Source: Dehalococcoidia bacterium
GTDB lineage: Bacteria; Chloroflexota; Dehalococcoidia; UBA2979
Direction of reading: 5' to 3'
DNA: 64,000 nucleotides
NCBI GenBank assembly: GCA_963667465.2
Contig: CAXXDN010000001.1
Coordinates: 131,675-195,674, forward strand
Part shown: in pieces, positions 16,214 to 25,544 of the stretch
Position numbering within the stretch: position 1 is the stretch's first letter
Layout of the letters: the number at the start of each line of letters is the position of its first letter
Translations under genes and position numbers: made by a program
Notes under the pieces: model-generated
The model's input: only the letters and a program-made list of their open reading frames with translations
What the model was told of the DNA's origin: nothing
Databases searched by the model: none

Positions 16214-19200
16214 ATGACCGTCGAGGCGGCGCGCACGCAGTTCGAACCGGCGCCCTCGCGCGTCTCCTTCCCCGATCTCGAGCAGGAGATCCTCGAGTTC
16301 TGGCGCGAGCAGCGCGTCTTCGAGCGCAGCATCGAGGAGCGCCCCGCCGACCGCCTCTTCTCTTTCTACGAGGGCCCGCCGACCGCGAACGGGACGCCCG
16401 GCGTCCACCACGTGCTCGCGCGCGTCTTCAAGGACCTGATCCCGCGCTACAAAACCATGCGCGGCTACCGCGCGCCCCGGAAGGGCGGCTGGGACACGCA
16501 CGGCCTGCCCGTCGAGCTCGAGGTGGAGCGCGAACTGGGCCTGCGCAACAAGCGCGAGATCGAGGAGTACGGCGTCGCCGCCTTCAACGAGCAGTGCCGT
16601 CAGTCCGTCTTCCGCTACGTCGCCGACTGGGAGCGGATGACCGACCGCGTCGGCTGCTGGATCGACATGGCCGACGCCTACGTCACCTACTCCAACGACT
16701 ACATCGAGAGCTGCTGGTGGATCTTCCGGCAGCTCTGGGACCGCGACCTGATCTTCCGCGACTACCGCGTGACCCCGCACTGCCCGCGCTGCGGCACCAG
16801 CCTCTCCAGCCACGAGATCGCCCTCGGCTACCGCGAGGACACCCCGGACCCCAGCGTCACCGTGCTCTTCGGGCTGAAGGCGGGAGCCGCCGAGGACTCC
16901 CCCAACGTTGGAGCCGACCCCGCGCTGCGCCTCGGCGACGGCGTGCCCACCTACGTCGTCGCCTGGACGACCACCCCGTGGACGCTGCCCGGCAACACCG
17001 CGCTCGCCGTCTCGGCCGAGGCCGAGTACGCGCTCGTCGAGGACGGCGAGCGGCGGCTGCTCCTCGCGAGCGACCGGGTGCGTGCCGTGCTGCCCGGCGA
17101 CGGCGACCCGATCGTGCTCGCGCGCGTCCCCGGCGCGGCGCTCGCCGGGCTGGAGTACGAGCCGCTCTTCGAGTCGCGCGAGTGGGAGGGCGTCGAGACG
17201 CTCGCCTTCGAGGACGGCCACACCCAGCACGTTGAGCCGTCCGAGGCGCCCGCCCGCCGCGTCGTCGCCGCCGACTTCGTGGCGACCGACGACGGCACGG
17301 GCGTGGTGCACATCGCCCCGGCCTTCGGCGAGGAGGACTACGCGCTCGGCCGCGAGGAGGGGCTGACCTTCCTCGAGCCGGTCGCACTCGACGGCGCGTT
17401 CACTGGCGGGCCGTGGGCGGGGCAGTTCGTGAAGGACGCCGACCCGGCGATCGAGGCGGACCTCGAGGCGCGCGGGCTGCTGCTGGCGAGCGAGACGATC
17501 CGCCACACCTACCCGTTCTGCTGGCGCTGCGACACCCCGGTCCTCTACTACGCCAAGCCCAGTTGGTACATCCGCACGACCGCCGTCCGCGACCGGCTGG
17601 TCGCGAACAACCAGGACATCCGCTGGGTGCCCGGCCACATCCGCGACGGCCGCTTCGGCGAATGGCTCGACGGCAACGTCGACTGGGCGCTCTCGCGCGA
17701 GCGCTACTGGGGCACGCCGCTGCCCTTCTGGGGCTGCACGGCCTGCCGCCGCACGGACTGCATCGGCTCTTTCGAGGAGCTGGCCGAGCGCGGCGGCCTC
17801 AAGGGCCCGCCCGAGGACCCACACCGCCCGTACATCGACGAGGTCACCCTCGACTGCCCCGACTGCGGCGGCGAGATGCGCCGCACGCCCGAGGTCGCCG
17901 ACGCCTGGTTCGACTCCGGGGCGATGCCCTACGCGCAGTGGCACTACCCGTTCGAGAACCGCGAGGTCTTCGACACGCGCTTCCCGGCCGACTTCATCTG
18001 CGAGGCCGTCGACCAGACGCGCGGCTGGTTCTACACCCTCCATGCCCTCGCCACGCTGCTCAACGCGATCGAGGAGGCGCCCGCGGGCGTCGCCTTCCGC
18101 AACGTGATCAGCGTCGGTCTGATCGAGGACGGCGAGGGCCAGAAGATGTCCAAGTCGCGCGGCAACGTCGTCGACCCGTGGGAGGTGATCGACGCCCATG
18201 GCGCGGACGCGCTGCGCTGGTACATGTACGCCGCCGCGCCGCCCGGCAATTCGCGCCGCTTCTCCTCGGAGCTCGTCGGAGAGGCCTCGCGGCGCGTGCT
18301 CTCCACGCTCTGGAACACCTACTCGTTCTTCGTCACCTACGCGAACATCGCCGGCTTCGACCCCGCAGACCCGCCGCCCGAGGGCGCGCGCAGCGAGCTC
18401 GACCGCTGGGTGCGCTCCGAGCTGCACGCCACGATCCGCAAGGTCACGGACGCCCTCGACGCCTACGAGCCGCTCGAGGGCGCACGCCCGATCGCCGAGC
18501 TGATCGACCAGCTCTCGAACTGGTACGTGCGGCGCAGCCGGCGGCGCTTCTGGAAGTCGGACGACTCGGCCGACACGCAGGCGGCGCTGCACACGCTCTA
18601 CGAGTGCCTGACCACGATCGCGCGCCTGCTCGCCCCCTTCACGCCGTTCCTCGCCGAGGCGCTGCACCGCAACCTCGAGGCGGGCCGCACGCCCGGCGCG
18701 GCGGACTCGGTGCACCTCGAACCGTGGCCCGAGGCCGAGGCAGATGCGATCGACGAGCAGCTCGGGCGCGACATCGCGGTCGTGCAGCGCATGGTCTCGC
18801 TCGCTCGCGCCGCCCGCTCGAAGGCCGGCATCAAGGTGCGCCAGCCGCTGGCGAGCGCCGTGCTGACGCCACGCTCTGCCGAGGAACGAGCCTCCCTCGC
18901 GCGCCACACCGGGCAGATCGCGGACGAGCTCAACGTCAAGGCCGTCACCATCGAGGAGACGCCGGGCGACCGCGTGCGCTACACGATCACGCCCAACCTG
19001 CCCGTGCTCGGCCCGATCCACGGGCGCGAGCTGCCCGCCGTGCGCGCCGCCATCGCCGACCTCGACCCCGCCGCTACGGCAGCTACGATGCGCGCCGGCC
19101 AGCCCGTCGAGGCGGGCGGCTACACGATCGAGCCCGGCGGGCTGCGCGTCGCCGTCGAGGCGGCCGAGGGCTGGAGCGCCGCCGAGGATGGCGGCCACCT

Positions 19201-19624
19201 GGCGCTCGTCGCGACGGAGCTGAGCGCGGAGCTCGCCGCCGAGGGGCTGGCGCGCGACCTCGTGCGCCACCTGCAGGAGCGGCGCCGCAGGGACGGGCTC
19301 GAAGTCAGCGACCGCATCCACGTCCGCTTCGAGGGCGCCGACTCGATCGCTGCCGTCGCGGCGGCGCACGGCGACTACATCACCGCAGAGACACTCGCTC
19401 GTTCGCTGGAGCACGGGCTCGATAGCGTCCCTGGGGACGTGGAAGTCACAGAAATGACGGTCACCACCGAGGTGAGCCTGTCGGCCACCGGCGTGGCCGG
19501 TGTCGGGCAGAGCGGATCAGTGAATCTCCAGGTTGTCCCGCCCGAGAGCCCCGCCGCGGCTCCACCTGCCGCCCCCCTGGAACACCTCGTCAAGTTCGCG
19601 CTGTGGAAGGCGGAGCCGGCCTGA
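16214..19624 (+). CDS. ileS: isoleucine--tRNA ligase
   Basis: The ATG at 16214 follows GAGGAGAG. Contains the HIGH region (PPTANGTPGVHHVLAR), KMSKS (GQKMSKSRGN), a CP1 editing domain and a Zn-binding CxxC...CxxC. Confidence 0.95.
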   Translation: MTVEAARTQFEPAPSRVSFPDLEQEILEFWREQRVFERSIEERPADRLFSFYEGPPTANGTPGVHHVLARVFKDLIPRYKTMRGYRAPRKGGWDTHGLPVELEVERELGLRNKREIEEYGVAAFNEQCRQSVFRYVADWERMTDRVGCWIDMADAYVTYSNDYIESCWWIFRQLWDRDLIFRDYRVTPHCPRCGTSLSSHEIALGYREDTPDPSVTVLFGLKAGAAEDSPNVGADPALRLGDGVPTYVVAWTTTPWTLPGNTALAVSAEAEYALVEDGERRLLLASDRVRAVLPGDGDPIVLARVPGAALAGLEYEPLFESREWEGVETLAFEDGHTQHVEPSEAPARRVVAADFVATDDGTGVVHIAPAFGEEDYALGREEGLTFLEPVALDGAFTGGPWAGQFVKDADPAIEADLEARGLLLASETIRHTYPFCWRCDTPVLYYAKPSWYIRTTAVRDRLVANNQDIRWVPGHIRDGRFGEWLDGNVDWALSRERYWGTPLPFWGCTACRRTDCIGSFEELAERGGLKGPPEDPHRPYIDEVTLDCPDCGGEMRRTPEVADAWFDSGAMPYAQWHYPFENREVFDTRFPADFICEAVDQTRGWFYTLHALATLLNAIEEAPAGVAFRNVISVGLIEDGEGQKMSKSRGNVVDPWEVIDAHGADALRWYMYAAAPPGNSRRFSSELVGEASRRVLSTLWNTYSFFVTYANIAGFDPADPPPEGARSELDRWVRSELHATIRKVTDALDAYEPLEGARPIAELIDQLSNWYVRRSRRRFWKSDDSADTQAALHTLYECLTTIARLLAPFTPFLAEALHRNLEAGRTPGAADSVHLEPWPEAEADAIDEQLGRDIAVVQRMVSLARAARSKAGIKVRQPLASAVLTPRSAEERASLARHTGQIADELNVKAVTIEETPGDRVRYTITPNLPVLGPIHGRELPAVRAAIADLDPAATAATMRAGQPVEAGGYTIEPGGLRVAVEAAEGWSAAEDGGHLALVATELSAELAAEGLARDLVRHLQERRRRDGLEVSDRIHVRFEGADSIAAVAAAHGDYITAETLARSLEHGLDSVPGDVEVTEMTVTTEVSLSATGVAGVGQSGSVNLQVVPPESPAAAPPAAPLEHLVKFALWKAEPA

Positions 19625-20736
19625 TGGCGGCCTCGGCGGACGAGCGGACGCTCATCTGGTGCACCGGCATCAGCGGCTCGCAGCGCACGGACTACGTCAA
19701 CGAGGCCGCCGCGGCGATCCGCGCCGAGGGCCGTACGTGCCTGGTGATCGACATCGGCGACCTGCTGGAGCAGGTGCCGGAACACCTCAAGGTCGGCGCG
19801 AGCCGCACGGAGCTGCTCGACGGCAACGAGGACGTGCTGCGGCTGCATCGCTCCTACGCGCTGCAGAACATGCTGCGCATGATCGAGGAGACCGAGGCCG
19901 ACGTGGTGCTCGTCTCCACGCACGCCTGCTTCATGCGCAACGGCCGGCTGATGCCCGGCCTCGACATGCACTTCATCAAGGAGCACTTCGCCGGGCGCAT
20001 CTCCGCCTTCGCGACGGTGGTGCTGGACACGCCGGACGTGTGGCAGGCGCTGGCGCAGCGGCCAGAGTGGGCGGGCCGCCTGCGCCTCGCCGAGGTGGCG
20101 CAGTGGCGCGACTTCGAGGTGGCGCTGACGCGCATGCTCGCCGAGTACGAGGGCACGCCCTTCTACCTGCTCGCCCGCCGTGATCCCGCCGAGGGCCTGG
20201 CGCGGCTGACCCGCCGCCCGCCCGCGCCCGCCGCCTACCTCAGCTACCCGATCACCGCGATCCTCCAGTCCGGCAGCACCGAGCTGATCGATGGCGCGCG
20301 CACGCTCGCCGCGCGCCTGCGCGACGAGGCCGGCCTCGTCGTCTTCGACCCGCTCTCGATCGAGGACCTGCCGCAGACGAAGGAAGGCGCGCCGCCGCAT
20401 GAGACGCGCGCGGACGACAACGGCGGCGCGCCCGCGATCAGCGCCGAGATGGAGCACGAGGCCGAGCCATACCTCGTGAGCCACACCGTGGCGACAGACC
20501 TGCAGTTGATCGACCAGGCGGACATGGTGGTCGTCTACTACCCGACCGACAAAGTCTCGCCGGGCGTGTTCACGGAGATGTCGCACGCCCGCGACCGCCG
20601 CAAGCCGCTCTACCTCTGCGAGTTCCCCGGCTCCCCGGAGCGCGTCAGTCCCTTCCTCGGGCTCTTCCATACCGCCTCGTTCGAGTCGGTCGACGGCCTG
20701 ATCGAGCACCTGCAGAGTAAGCAGCAGGCGGGCTGA
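19624..20736 (+). CDS. hypothetical two-domain protein: archaeal adenylate-kinase-like N-domain plus nucleoside 2-deoxyribosyltransferase-like C-domain
   Basis: The start ATG overlaps the ileS TGA (cTGATGg). The N-domain has CTGISGSQRT (degenerate P-loop) and STHACFMRNGRLMPGLD (compare AdkA DTH..TP.GYLPGLP). The C-domain has AYLSYPIT...DQADMVVVYYP...SPGVFTEMSHA...KPLY. Confidence 0.7.
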   Translation: MAASADERTLIWCTGISGSQRTDYVNEAAAAIRAEGRTCLVIDIGDLLEQVPEHLKVGASRTELLDGNEDVLRLHRSYALQNMLRMIEETEADVVLVSTHACFMRNGRLMPGLDMHFIKEHFAGRISAFATVVLDTPDVWQALAQRPEWAGRLRLAEVAQWRDFEVALTRMLAEYEGTPFYLLARRDPAEGLARLTRRPPAPAAYLSYPITAILQSGSTELIDGARTLAARLRDEAGLVVFDPLSIEDLPQTKEGAPPHETRADDNGGAPAISAEMEHEAEPYLVSHTVATDLQLIDQADMVVVYYPTDKVSPGVFTEMSHARDRRKPLYLCEFPGSPERVSPFLGLFHTASFESVDGLIEHLQSKQQAG

Positions 20737-20760
20737 ACCGGGCAACGAGGCGGGCGGTCG

Positions 20761-21642
20761 TCAGCCGTCGCGACGGCGGCGCGAGGCCTCGGCGGCGAAC
20801 TCCGCGCCGAAGAGCAGGATCAGCGAGCTGACGAAGACCCAGGCGAGCAGCGCGATCACGCCGCCGAGCGAGCCGTAGACGAGGTCGTAGGTGGCGAAGT
20901 TCTCGAAGTAGATCGCGAAGCCGAACGTGCCGACCTGCAACCCGACGGTCGCAGTCAGCGCCCCCGGCCAGAGATCGGCCGCGCGCAGCGAGCGGTTGGG
21001 CAGCAAGAGATAGAGCAGCAGCAGCCCGACGAAGCTGAGCAGCGCCGGGATCGCGATCGCCCCGAGCTCCCAGAACAGCGTCAACTCCTCGAGCGGCCCG
21101 ATGTTGCCTGCCAGCGCCTGCACGAAGCGCCAGACTGTGGAAAGCAGCAGCGAGGTGATGAACAGCAGGCCGAGCACCGGCAGCACCGTCATGTCGACCA
21201 GCCAGCCGACCAGCAACGGACGCTGCTCCTCCGCCCGGAAGATGACGTTGAGCGACCCTCGCAGCGAGCGGGCCAGCGCGGTGGCGGCAATCACGGTGCC
21301 GACCAGAGCGAACGCCCCGATGCTCGCACTCCGGCCCGCGACGTTGCTGACCGCCTCCTCGATCGTCGGCGCCTCGATGGGAAGCGCGGCGACGATCTCG
21401 GCCAGCACGCGCTGCTGCAGTTCCTCGTCGCGCAACACCACGCCGAAGCTGGCGAGCGCGAGCAGCAGGAAGGGGAAGATCGAGAGCAACGCGAAGTAGG
21501 AGAGCGACGCCGCCATCTGCGGGGCACGATTGCGGCCGAAGTTGAAGGCCGCATGCCACAGCACCAGCACCCAGTGCATGACCGAAGCCGGGAGGCGAGC
21601 GACCCAATCGGCAATCGTCGCGGCGAGCGTTCCTCCAGGCAT
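20761..21642 (-). CDS. YihY/BrkB (ribonuclease BN-like) family membrane protein
   Basis: FNFGRNRAPQMAASLSYFALLSIFPFLLL is the YihY signature. The protein is polytopic. I prefer the ATG at 21642 over the ORF-track start at 21738. Confidence 0.85.
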   Translation of the reverse strand: MPGGTLAATIADWVARLPASVMHWVLVLWHAAFNFGRNRAPQMAASLSYFALLSIFPFLLLALASFGVVLRDEELQQRVLAEIVAALPIEAPTIEEAVSNVAGRSASIGAFALVGTVIAATALARSLRGSLNVIFRAEEQRPLLVGWLVDMTVLPVLGLLFITSLLLSTVWRFVQALAGNIGPLEELTLFWELGAIAIPALLSFVGLLLLYLLLPNRSLRAADLWPGALTATVGLQVGTFGFAIYFENFATYDLVYGSLGGVIALLAWVFVSSLILLFGAEFAAEASRRRRDG

Positions 21643-21761
21643 ACGTGCTCCCTCGCGAGGACCGCGGCCGCACGGAGGCGCCACAGCGCCCGCCTCGACC
21701 TTCGCCGCTCGTACGGTGATCCTATGATCAGAGCGCACGGCGCGGCCAAGCGAGGAGCACG

Positions 21762-22949
21762 GTGAGCGAACGCCGCAGCGAGGAAGCGCGCACGGAGGGC
21801 GACGGCGAGGCGCGCCGGCCGCTGCATCGCCGCGTCGTGCTGAAGGTCGGCACCAACCTGCTGACCGGCGGCGGCAATCAGCTCGACCGCGCGATCATGG
21901 CGACCATCGCCGACCAGCTCGCCGAGGTACACGCCGGCGGCGGCGAGGTCGTGTTCGTGACCTCCGGCGCGATCGCCGCCGGACGCGACCGCCTCGCCGC
22001 GGCCCGCGGCGGGGACGCGGCGGCCCGGCTTCCGCACCACCTCACGAAGCGCCAGGTGCTGGCCGCGCTCGGCCAGGGCCCGCTGCTCTCGCTCTGGGAC
22101 GAGCTGCTCTCCGCACGCTCGATCACCATCGCACAGGCACTGCTCGGCGGCGCCGACCTCGCCGACCGCCAGGGCTACCTCAACGCGCGCAACACGCTGC
22201 TCGCGCTGCTCGACATCGGCGTCGTGCCGGTCGTGAACGAGAACGACGTCGTCTCCGTGGAGGAGATTCAGGACGCAACGATCGGCGACAACGACAGCCT
22301 CTCCGCGCACGTCGCCAACCTCGTCGATGCCGACCTGCTGCTGATGCTCACCGACATCGCCGGTCTCTACAGCGCGGACCCCACCCGCGACGCCGAAGCG
22401 CGGCTGATCGAGCGCGTCGATCACATCGGCGCGGCGATCGAGGCGGCGGCGCGAGGCCCGGGTGCGCGCGGCCGCGGCGGGATGCGGACCAAGGTGGAGG
22501 CCGCCAGGCTGGCCACGCAGTCCGGCGCGCATGCGGTGATCGCCGACGGCCGCCGCCCGCACGTCGTGCGCGACGCCGTCCTCGGCGAGCCGGTCGGCAC
22601 CTGGTTCGCGCCGACCACGGACCGCCTCGAGAGCCGTCGCCGCTACCTGCTCTCGCCGCTGCACGTGCAGGGCTCGATCACGATCGACGCGGGCGCGGTC
22701 CGCGCGCTCGTACGACACGGGCGCTCGCTCCTCCCCGCCGGGATCGTCGCCACCAGCGGCGAGTTCGAGCGCGGCAGCGTCGTCCGCATCGAGAGCCGCG
22801 AGGGCGAGCACATCGCGAGCGGCCGCGTGAACTACGGCGCCGAGGATCTGCGCCGCATCAACGGCGTCCACTCGGACCGCATCGAGGAGCTCCTCGGCTA
22901 CGACTACGGCGACGAGGCCGTGCACCGCGACAACCTGGTGCTGCTCTGA
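21762..22949 (+). CDS. proB: glutamate 5-kinase (with PUA domain)
   Basis: VVLKVGTNLLT...FVTSGAIAAGR...VVPVVNENDVVS plus a C-terminal PUA domain (GSITIDAGAVRAL...GRSLLPAGI). Confidence 0.95.
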   Translation: MSERRSEEARTEGDGEARRPLHRRVVLKVGTNLLTGGGNQLDRAIMATIADQLAEVHAGGGEVVFVTSGAIAAGRDRLAAARGGDAAARLPHHLTKRQVLAALGQGPLLSLWDELLSARSITIAQALLGGADLADRQGYLNARNTLLALLDIGVVPVVNENDVVSVEEIQDATIGDNDSLSAHVANLVDADLLLMLTDIAGLYSADPTRDAEARLIERVDHIGAAIEAAARGPGARGRGGMRTKVEAARLATQSGAHAVIADGRRPHVVRDAVLGEPVGTWFAPTTDRLESRRRYLLSPLHVQGSITIDAGAVRALVRHGRSLLPAGIVATSGEFERGSVVRIESREGEHIASGRVNYGAEDLRRINGVHSDRIEELLGYDYGDEAVHRDNLVLL

Positions 22950-22950
22950 C

Positions 22951-22982
22951 TGGCTATCGGGCTATCGGGCTATCTGGCTACC
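22951..22982. repeat. short tandem repeat (GGCTATC-like, about 4 units) in the proB-proA spacer
   Basis: TGGCTATCG GGCTATCG GGCTATC TGGCTACC, read directly from the sequence. Confidence 0.7.
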
Positions 22983-23021
22983 GGGGCGACGGCCCGGCCA
23001 GCGGCGGATAGACTGATCGCC

Positions 23022-24293
23022 ATGACAACGACAGCACAATCCGAGGCCGTCGAGCGAGCCAGCCGCGTACGCGGAGCGAGCCGCCGCCTGGCCACCACAC
23101 CCGCCGACCGCAAGAACGCGGCCCTCGAGGCGATCGCCACCGCCCTGGAGGCCCAGACCGACACGATCCTCGCGATCAACGGACCGGAGCTCGAGCGCGC
23201 CGAGGCGAACGGCGTCACGGGGTCGTTCCTGGACCGCATGGAGCTCACTCCGGAGCGCATCGCCGCGCTGGCCGGAGACGTGCGCGCTGTTGCCGACCTG
23301 CCCGACCCGGTGGGCCAGATCGAGGAACTGCAGACGCGCCCCAACGGCCTGCAGGTGGGACGCATGCGCGTGCCGATCGGCGTGATCGGCGCGATCTACG
23401 AGTCGCGCCCCAACGTGACGATCGACATCGCCTCGATCTGCCTCAAGGCGGGCAACGGCGTGCTGCTGCGCTCCGGCAGCGACGCGCACGCAAGCTCCGC
23501 GGCGCTGGCCTCGATCGCCGCTCGCGCCATCGAGCAGGCCGGGTTGCCCGCACACTGCGTCGAGTTCATCCAGTCCACCGACCGCGCCGAGGTTGGCGAG
23601 ATGCTGCGCGCCGCCGACGAGATCGACCTGATGATTCCCCGCGGCGGCGCCGACCTGATCCGGCGCGTCCGCGACGAGGCCACGATGCCCGTCATCGCCG
23701 GCGGGATCGGCGTCTGCCACACCTACATCGACGCCGCCGCCGACCTCAAGATGGCGGAGCCGATCGTCGTCAATGCCAAGACGCAACGGCCTTCGGTCTG
23801 CAACGCGATGGACACGCTGCTGGTGCACCGCGACGTGGCGGCAGAGTTCGTGCCACACATCACCCGCGCGCTCGGCGAGCGGGGCGTCACCGTGCACGCC
23901 GACGCGCGCGCCGGAGCGCTCGCCGGGGAGGCTCCCAACGCCGTACCCGTCGGCGAGGAGGACTACGACCGGGAGTGGCTCTCGCTCGACTGCTCGCTGC
24001 GCGTCGTGGACTCGCTCGACGACGCGCTCGCACACATCGAGGAGCACGGCAGCGGGCACTCCGAGGCGATCGTCAGCGACTCCTACGCCGCGGCGCAGCG
24101 CTTCCTGCGCGAGGCGGACGCCGCGGCGGTCTTCGTCAACGCCTCCACCTACTTCAACGACGGTGCGCAGTTCGGGCTCGGCTGCGAGGTCGGCATCTCG
24201 ACCGGGAAGCTGCACGCGCGCGGTCCGATGGGGCTGCGCGAGCTGACCTCGTACAAGTGGGTCGTGCTCGGGCGCGGCCAGATCCGCACCTGA
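23022..24293 (+). CDS. proA: glutamate-5-semialdehyde dehydrogenase
   Basis: 423 aa. Contains IYESRPNVT, the catalytic-Cys region QRPSVCNAMDTLLVH, and HGSGHSEAIV. Confidence 0.95.
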   Translation: MTTTAQSEAVERASRVRGASRRLATTPADRKNAALEAIATALEAQTDTILAINGPELERAEANGVTGSFLDRMELTPERIAALAGDVRAVADLPDPVGQIEELQTRPNGLQVGRMRVPIGVIGAIYESRPNVTIDIASICLKAGNGVLLRSGSDAHASSAALASIAARAIEQAGLPAHCVEFIQSTDRAEVGEMLRAADEIDLMIPRGGADLIRRVRDEATMPVIAGGIGVCHTYIDAAADLKMAEPIVVNAKTQRPSVCNAMDTLLVHRDVAAEFVPHITRALGERGVTVHADARAGALAGEAPNAVPVGEEDYDREWLSLDCSLRVVDSLDDALAHIEEHGSGHSEAIVSDSYAAAQRFLREADAAAVFVNASTYFNDGAQFGLGCEVGISTGKLHARGPMGLRELTSYKWVVLGRGQIRT

Positions 24294-24405
24294 CGCCCTC
24301 GCAGCGCACGCGGCGAGCGCCTGCGGCAGCATCGCGGTAAGGTCTCCGCTGAGGGCGCGACACGGCGCGCCCGGCGCACGCCAGCAATCCACCGGGGAGG
24401 GTCAG

Positions 24406-24741
24406 ATGGCTGAGTTCCGGTTCACGCGGGAGGCGCGCACTCCCCACTCCGAGTCCTATCGTGTCGACGACGGCGAGCACGCGATCGCCCGCGCCGACAT
24501 CCACCTCACCGCGGCCGGCGCGCACGCCACCCTCGCCGTCCACCAGTCCGTCTCCGACGAAACCCTGCACGACCTCCTCGAGGCGCTCGACGACGAGATC
24601 GTCTCCACCGCCGACCCCTACCGCGAGGACCTGGTCGTCACCGTCTGGCGCGGCGAGGAGGTCGGCGTCTTCGCCGACGACAGCGACGACGAAGACGACG
24701 AGGACGAAACCGGGGACGGCGAGGACGACGGCTCCTCCTGA
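24406..24741 (+). CDS. hypothetical small acidic protein (poly-D/E tail)
   Basis: 111 aa. The ATG follows a strong GGGGAGGG RBS. The C-terminus is ADDSDDEDDEDETGDGEDDGSS. I recognise no family. Confidence 0.55.
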   Translation: MAEFRFTREARTPHSESYRVDDGEHAIARADIHLTAAGAHATLAVHQSVSDETLHDLLEALDDEIVSTADPYREDLVVTVWRGEEVGVFADDSDDEDDEDETGDGEDDGSS

Positions 24742-24763
24742 GCCGCGCCCCGGCGCCACGCCC

Positions 24764-25525
24764 GTGCGTCCCGCCAGCCTGCCCGCGCCCGACCAGATCG
24801 AGGCGATCCTCTTCGACCTCGACGACACGCTCGTGGACGCGCGCGGCAGCTGGCGCGCCGGCTTCGCCGAGGCGATCGCCGAGCTGCACGCACGCAGCCC
24901 CGCCCTGCAGCGGCTCGGATTGCCGACGACCATCTACGACGCCTGGTTCCGCCGCTACGGCGAGGACGCCCACCGCGCCGCCGGCTTCGGCGAGTGGCAG
25001 GCGCGCTTCACCATCGAGGCGTTCGAGCGGCTCGTCAGCGAGCACCTTGGGCCGGACGCCGAGCTGGTCGAGCGGTTGCACGCGAGCTACCTGGCGGCCA
25101 CACCCGGGCAGCTCGCGATCTTCCCGGACGCCGAACCGCTGCTCGAACGCCTCCGAGCGCGCTACCCGCTCGGCCTGATCTCGAACGGGCCGGGCGAGCT
25201 GCAGCGCCCGAAGATCGAGAAGTTCTCGCTCGAACGCCACTTCGAGGTGGTCGTCGTCTCGGGCGAGCTCGGCGTGCGCAAGCCGGACCCGGCGATCTTC
25301 GCGACCGCCCTCGAGGCGCTGGGCGTCGCTCCGGCGCGCACCGTCTTCATCGGCGACAACCCCACCGACGACGTCGCGGGCGCATGCGCCGTCGGGCTCG
25401 CGGCGATCTGGGTGAACCGCGGCGACTGGCCGGCCCCTGACCCCGGCAACCGGGACGCGCTGCCCCATGCCGAGGTCAGCGAGTTGCGTCAGATCCCGGA
25501 AGCGCTCGGCCTCGGGAGCGAGTAG
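24764..25525 (+). CDS. HAD-superfamily hydrolase (subfamily IA-like)
   Basis: Contains ILFDLDDTLV (motif I), LISNG (motif II) and KPDPAIF...FIGDNPTDDVAGA (motifs III/IV). The GTG at 24764 is the best in-frame start. The ORF-track N-terminus is an out-of-frame read-through of the preceding gene. Confidence 0.8.
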   Translation: MRPASLPAPDQIEAILFDLDDTLVDARGSWRAGFAEAIAELHARSPALQRLGLPTTIYDAWFRRYGEDAHRAAGFGEWQARFTIEAFERLVSEHLGPDAELVERLHASYLAATPGQLAIFPDAEPLLERLRARYPLGLISNGPGELQRPKIEKFSLERHFEVVVVSGELGVRKPDPAIFATALEALGVAPARTVFIGDNPTDDVAGACAVGLAAIWVNRGDWPAPDPGNRDALPHAEVSELRQIPEALGLGSE

Positions 25526-25544
25526 ACCGCGTCGAGCCGGTGGC

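Noticed and set aside
15953-19414. 1153-aa ORF antisense to ileS. There are similar giant antisense or out-of-frame ORFs: 31782-36038 and 36973-40653 opposite rpoB/rpoC, 7761-9530, 22962-24392, 43394-45052, 49428-51605, 53666-55378, 527-1756 and 1874-3259.
   Set aside because: They lie opposite or out of frame to genes with unmistakable conserved motifs. Their translations are monotonous Arg/Ala/Gly/Pro/Asp-rich strings with no recognisable motif. Long stop-free antisense frames are expected at this GC content.
19420-19624. Pro/Ala-rich ~45-aa C-terminal tail of IleRS, considered as a separate small gene or fusion.
   Set aside because: It is continuous in frame with ileS, has no internal start or RBS, and ends in the ATGA-type junction with the next gene. 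It is most simply a lineage-specific tail.
24461-24763. N-terminal 100 residues of the 354-aa ORF-track entry that ends as the HAD hydrolase.
   Set aside because: This part overlaps the RBS-supported acidic-protein gene in another frame and is Pro/Thr/Ser/Arg-rich low complexity. The HAD domain begins just after an in-frame GTG at 24764.
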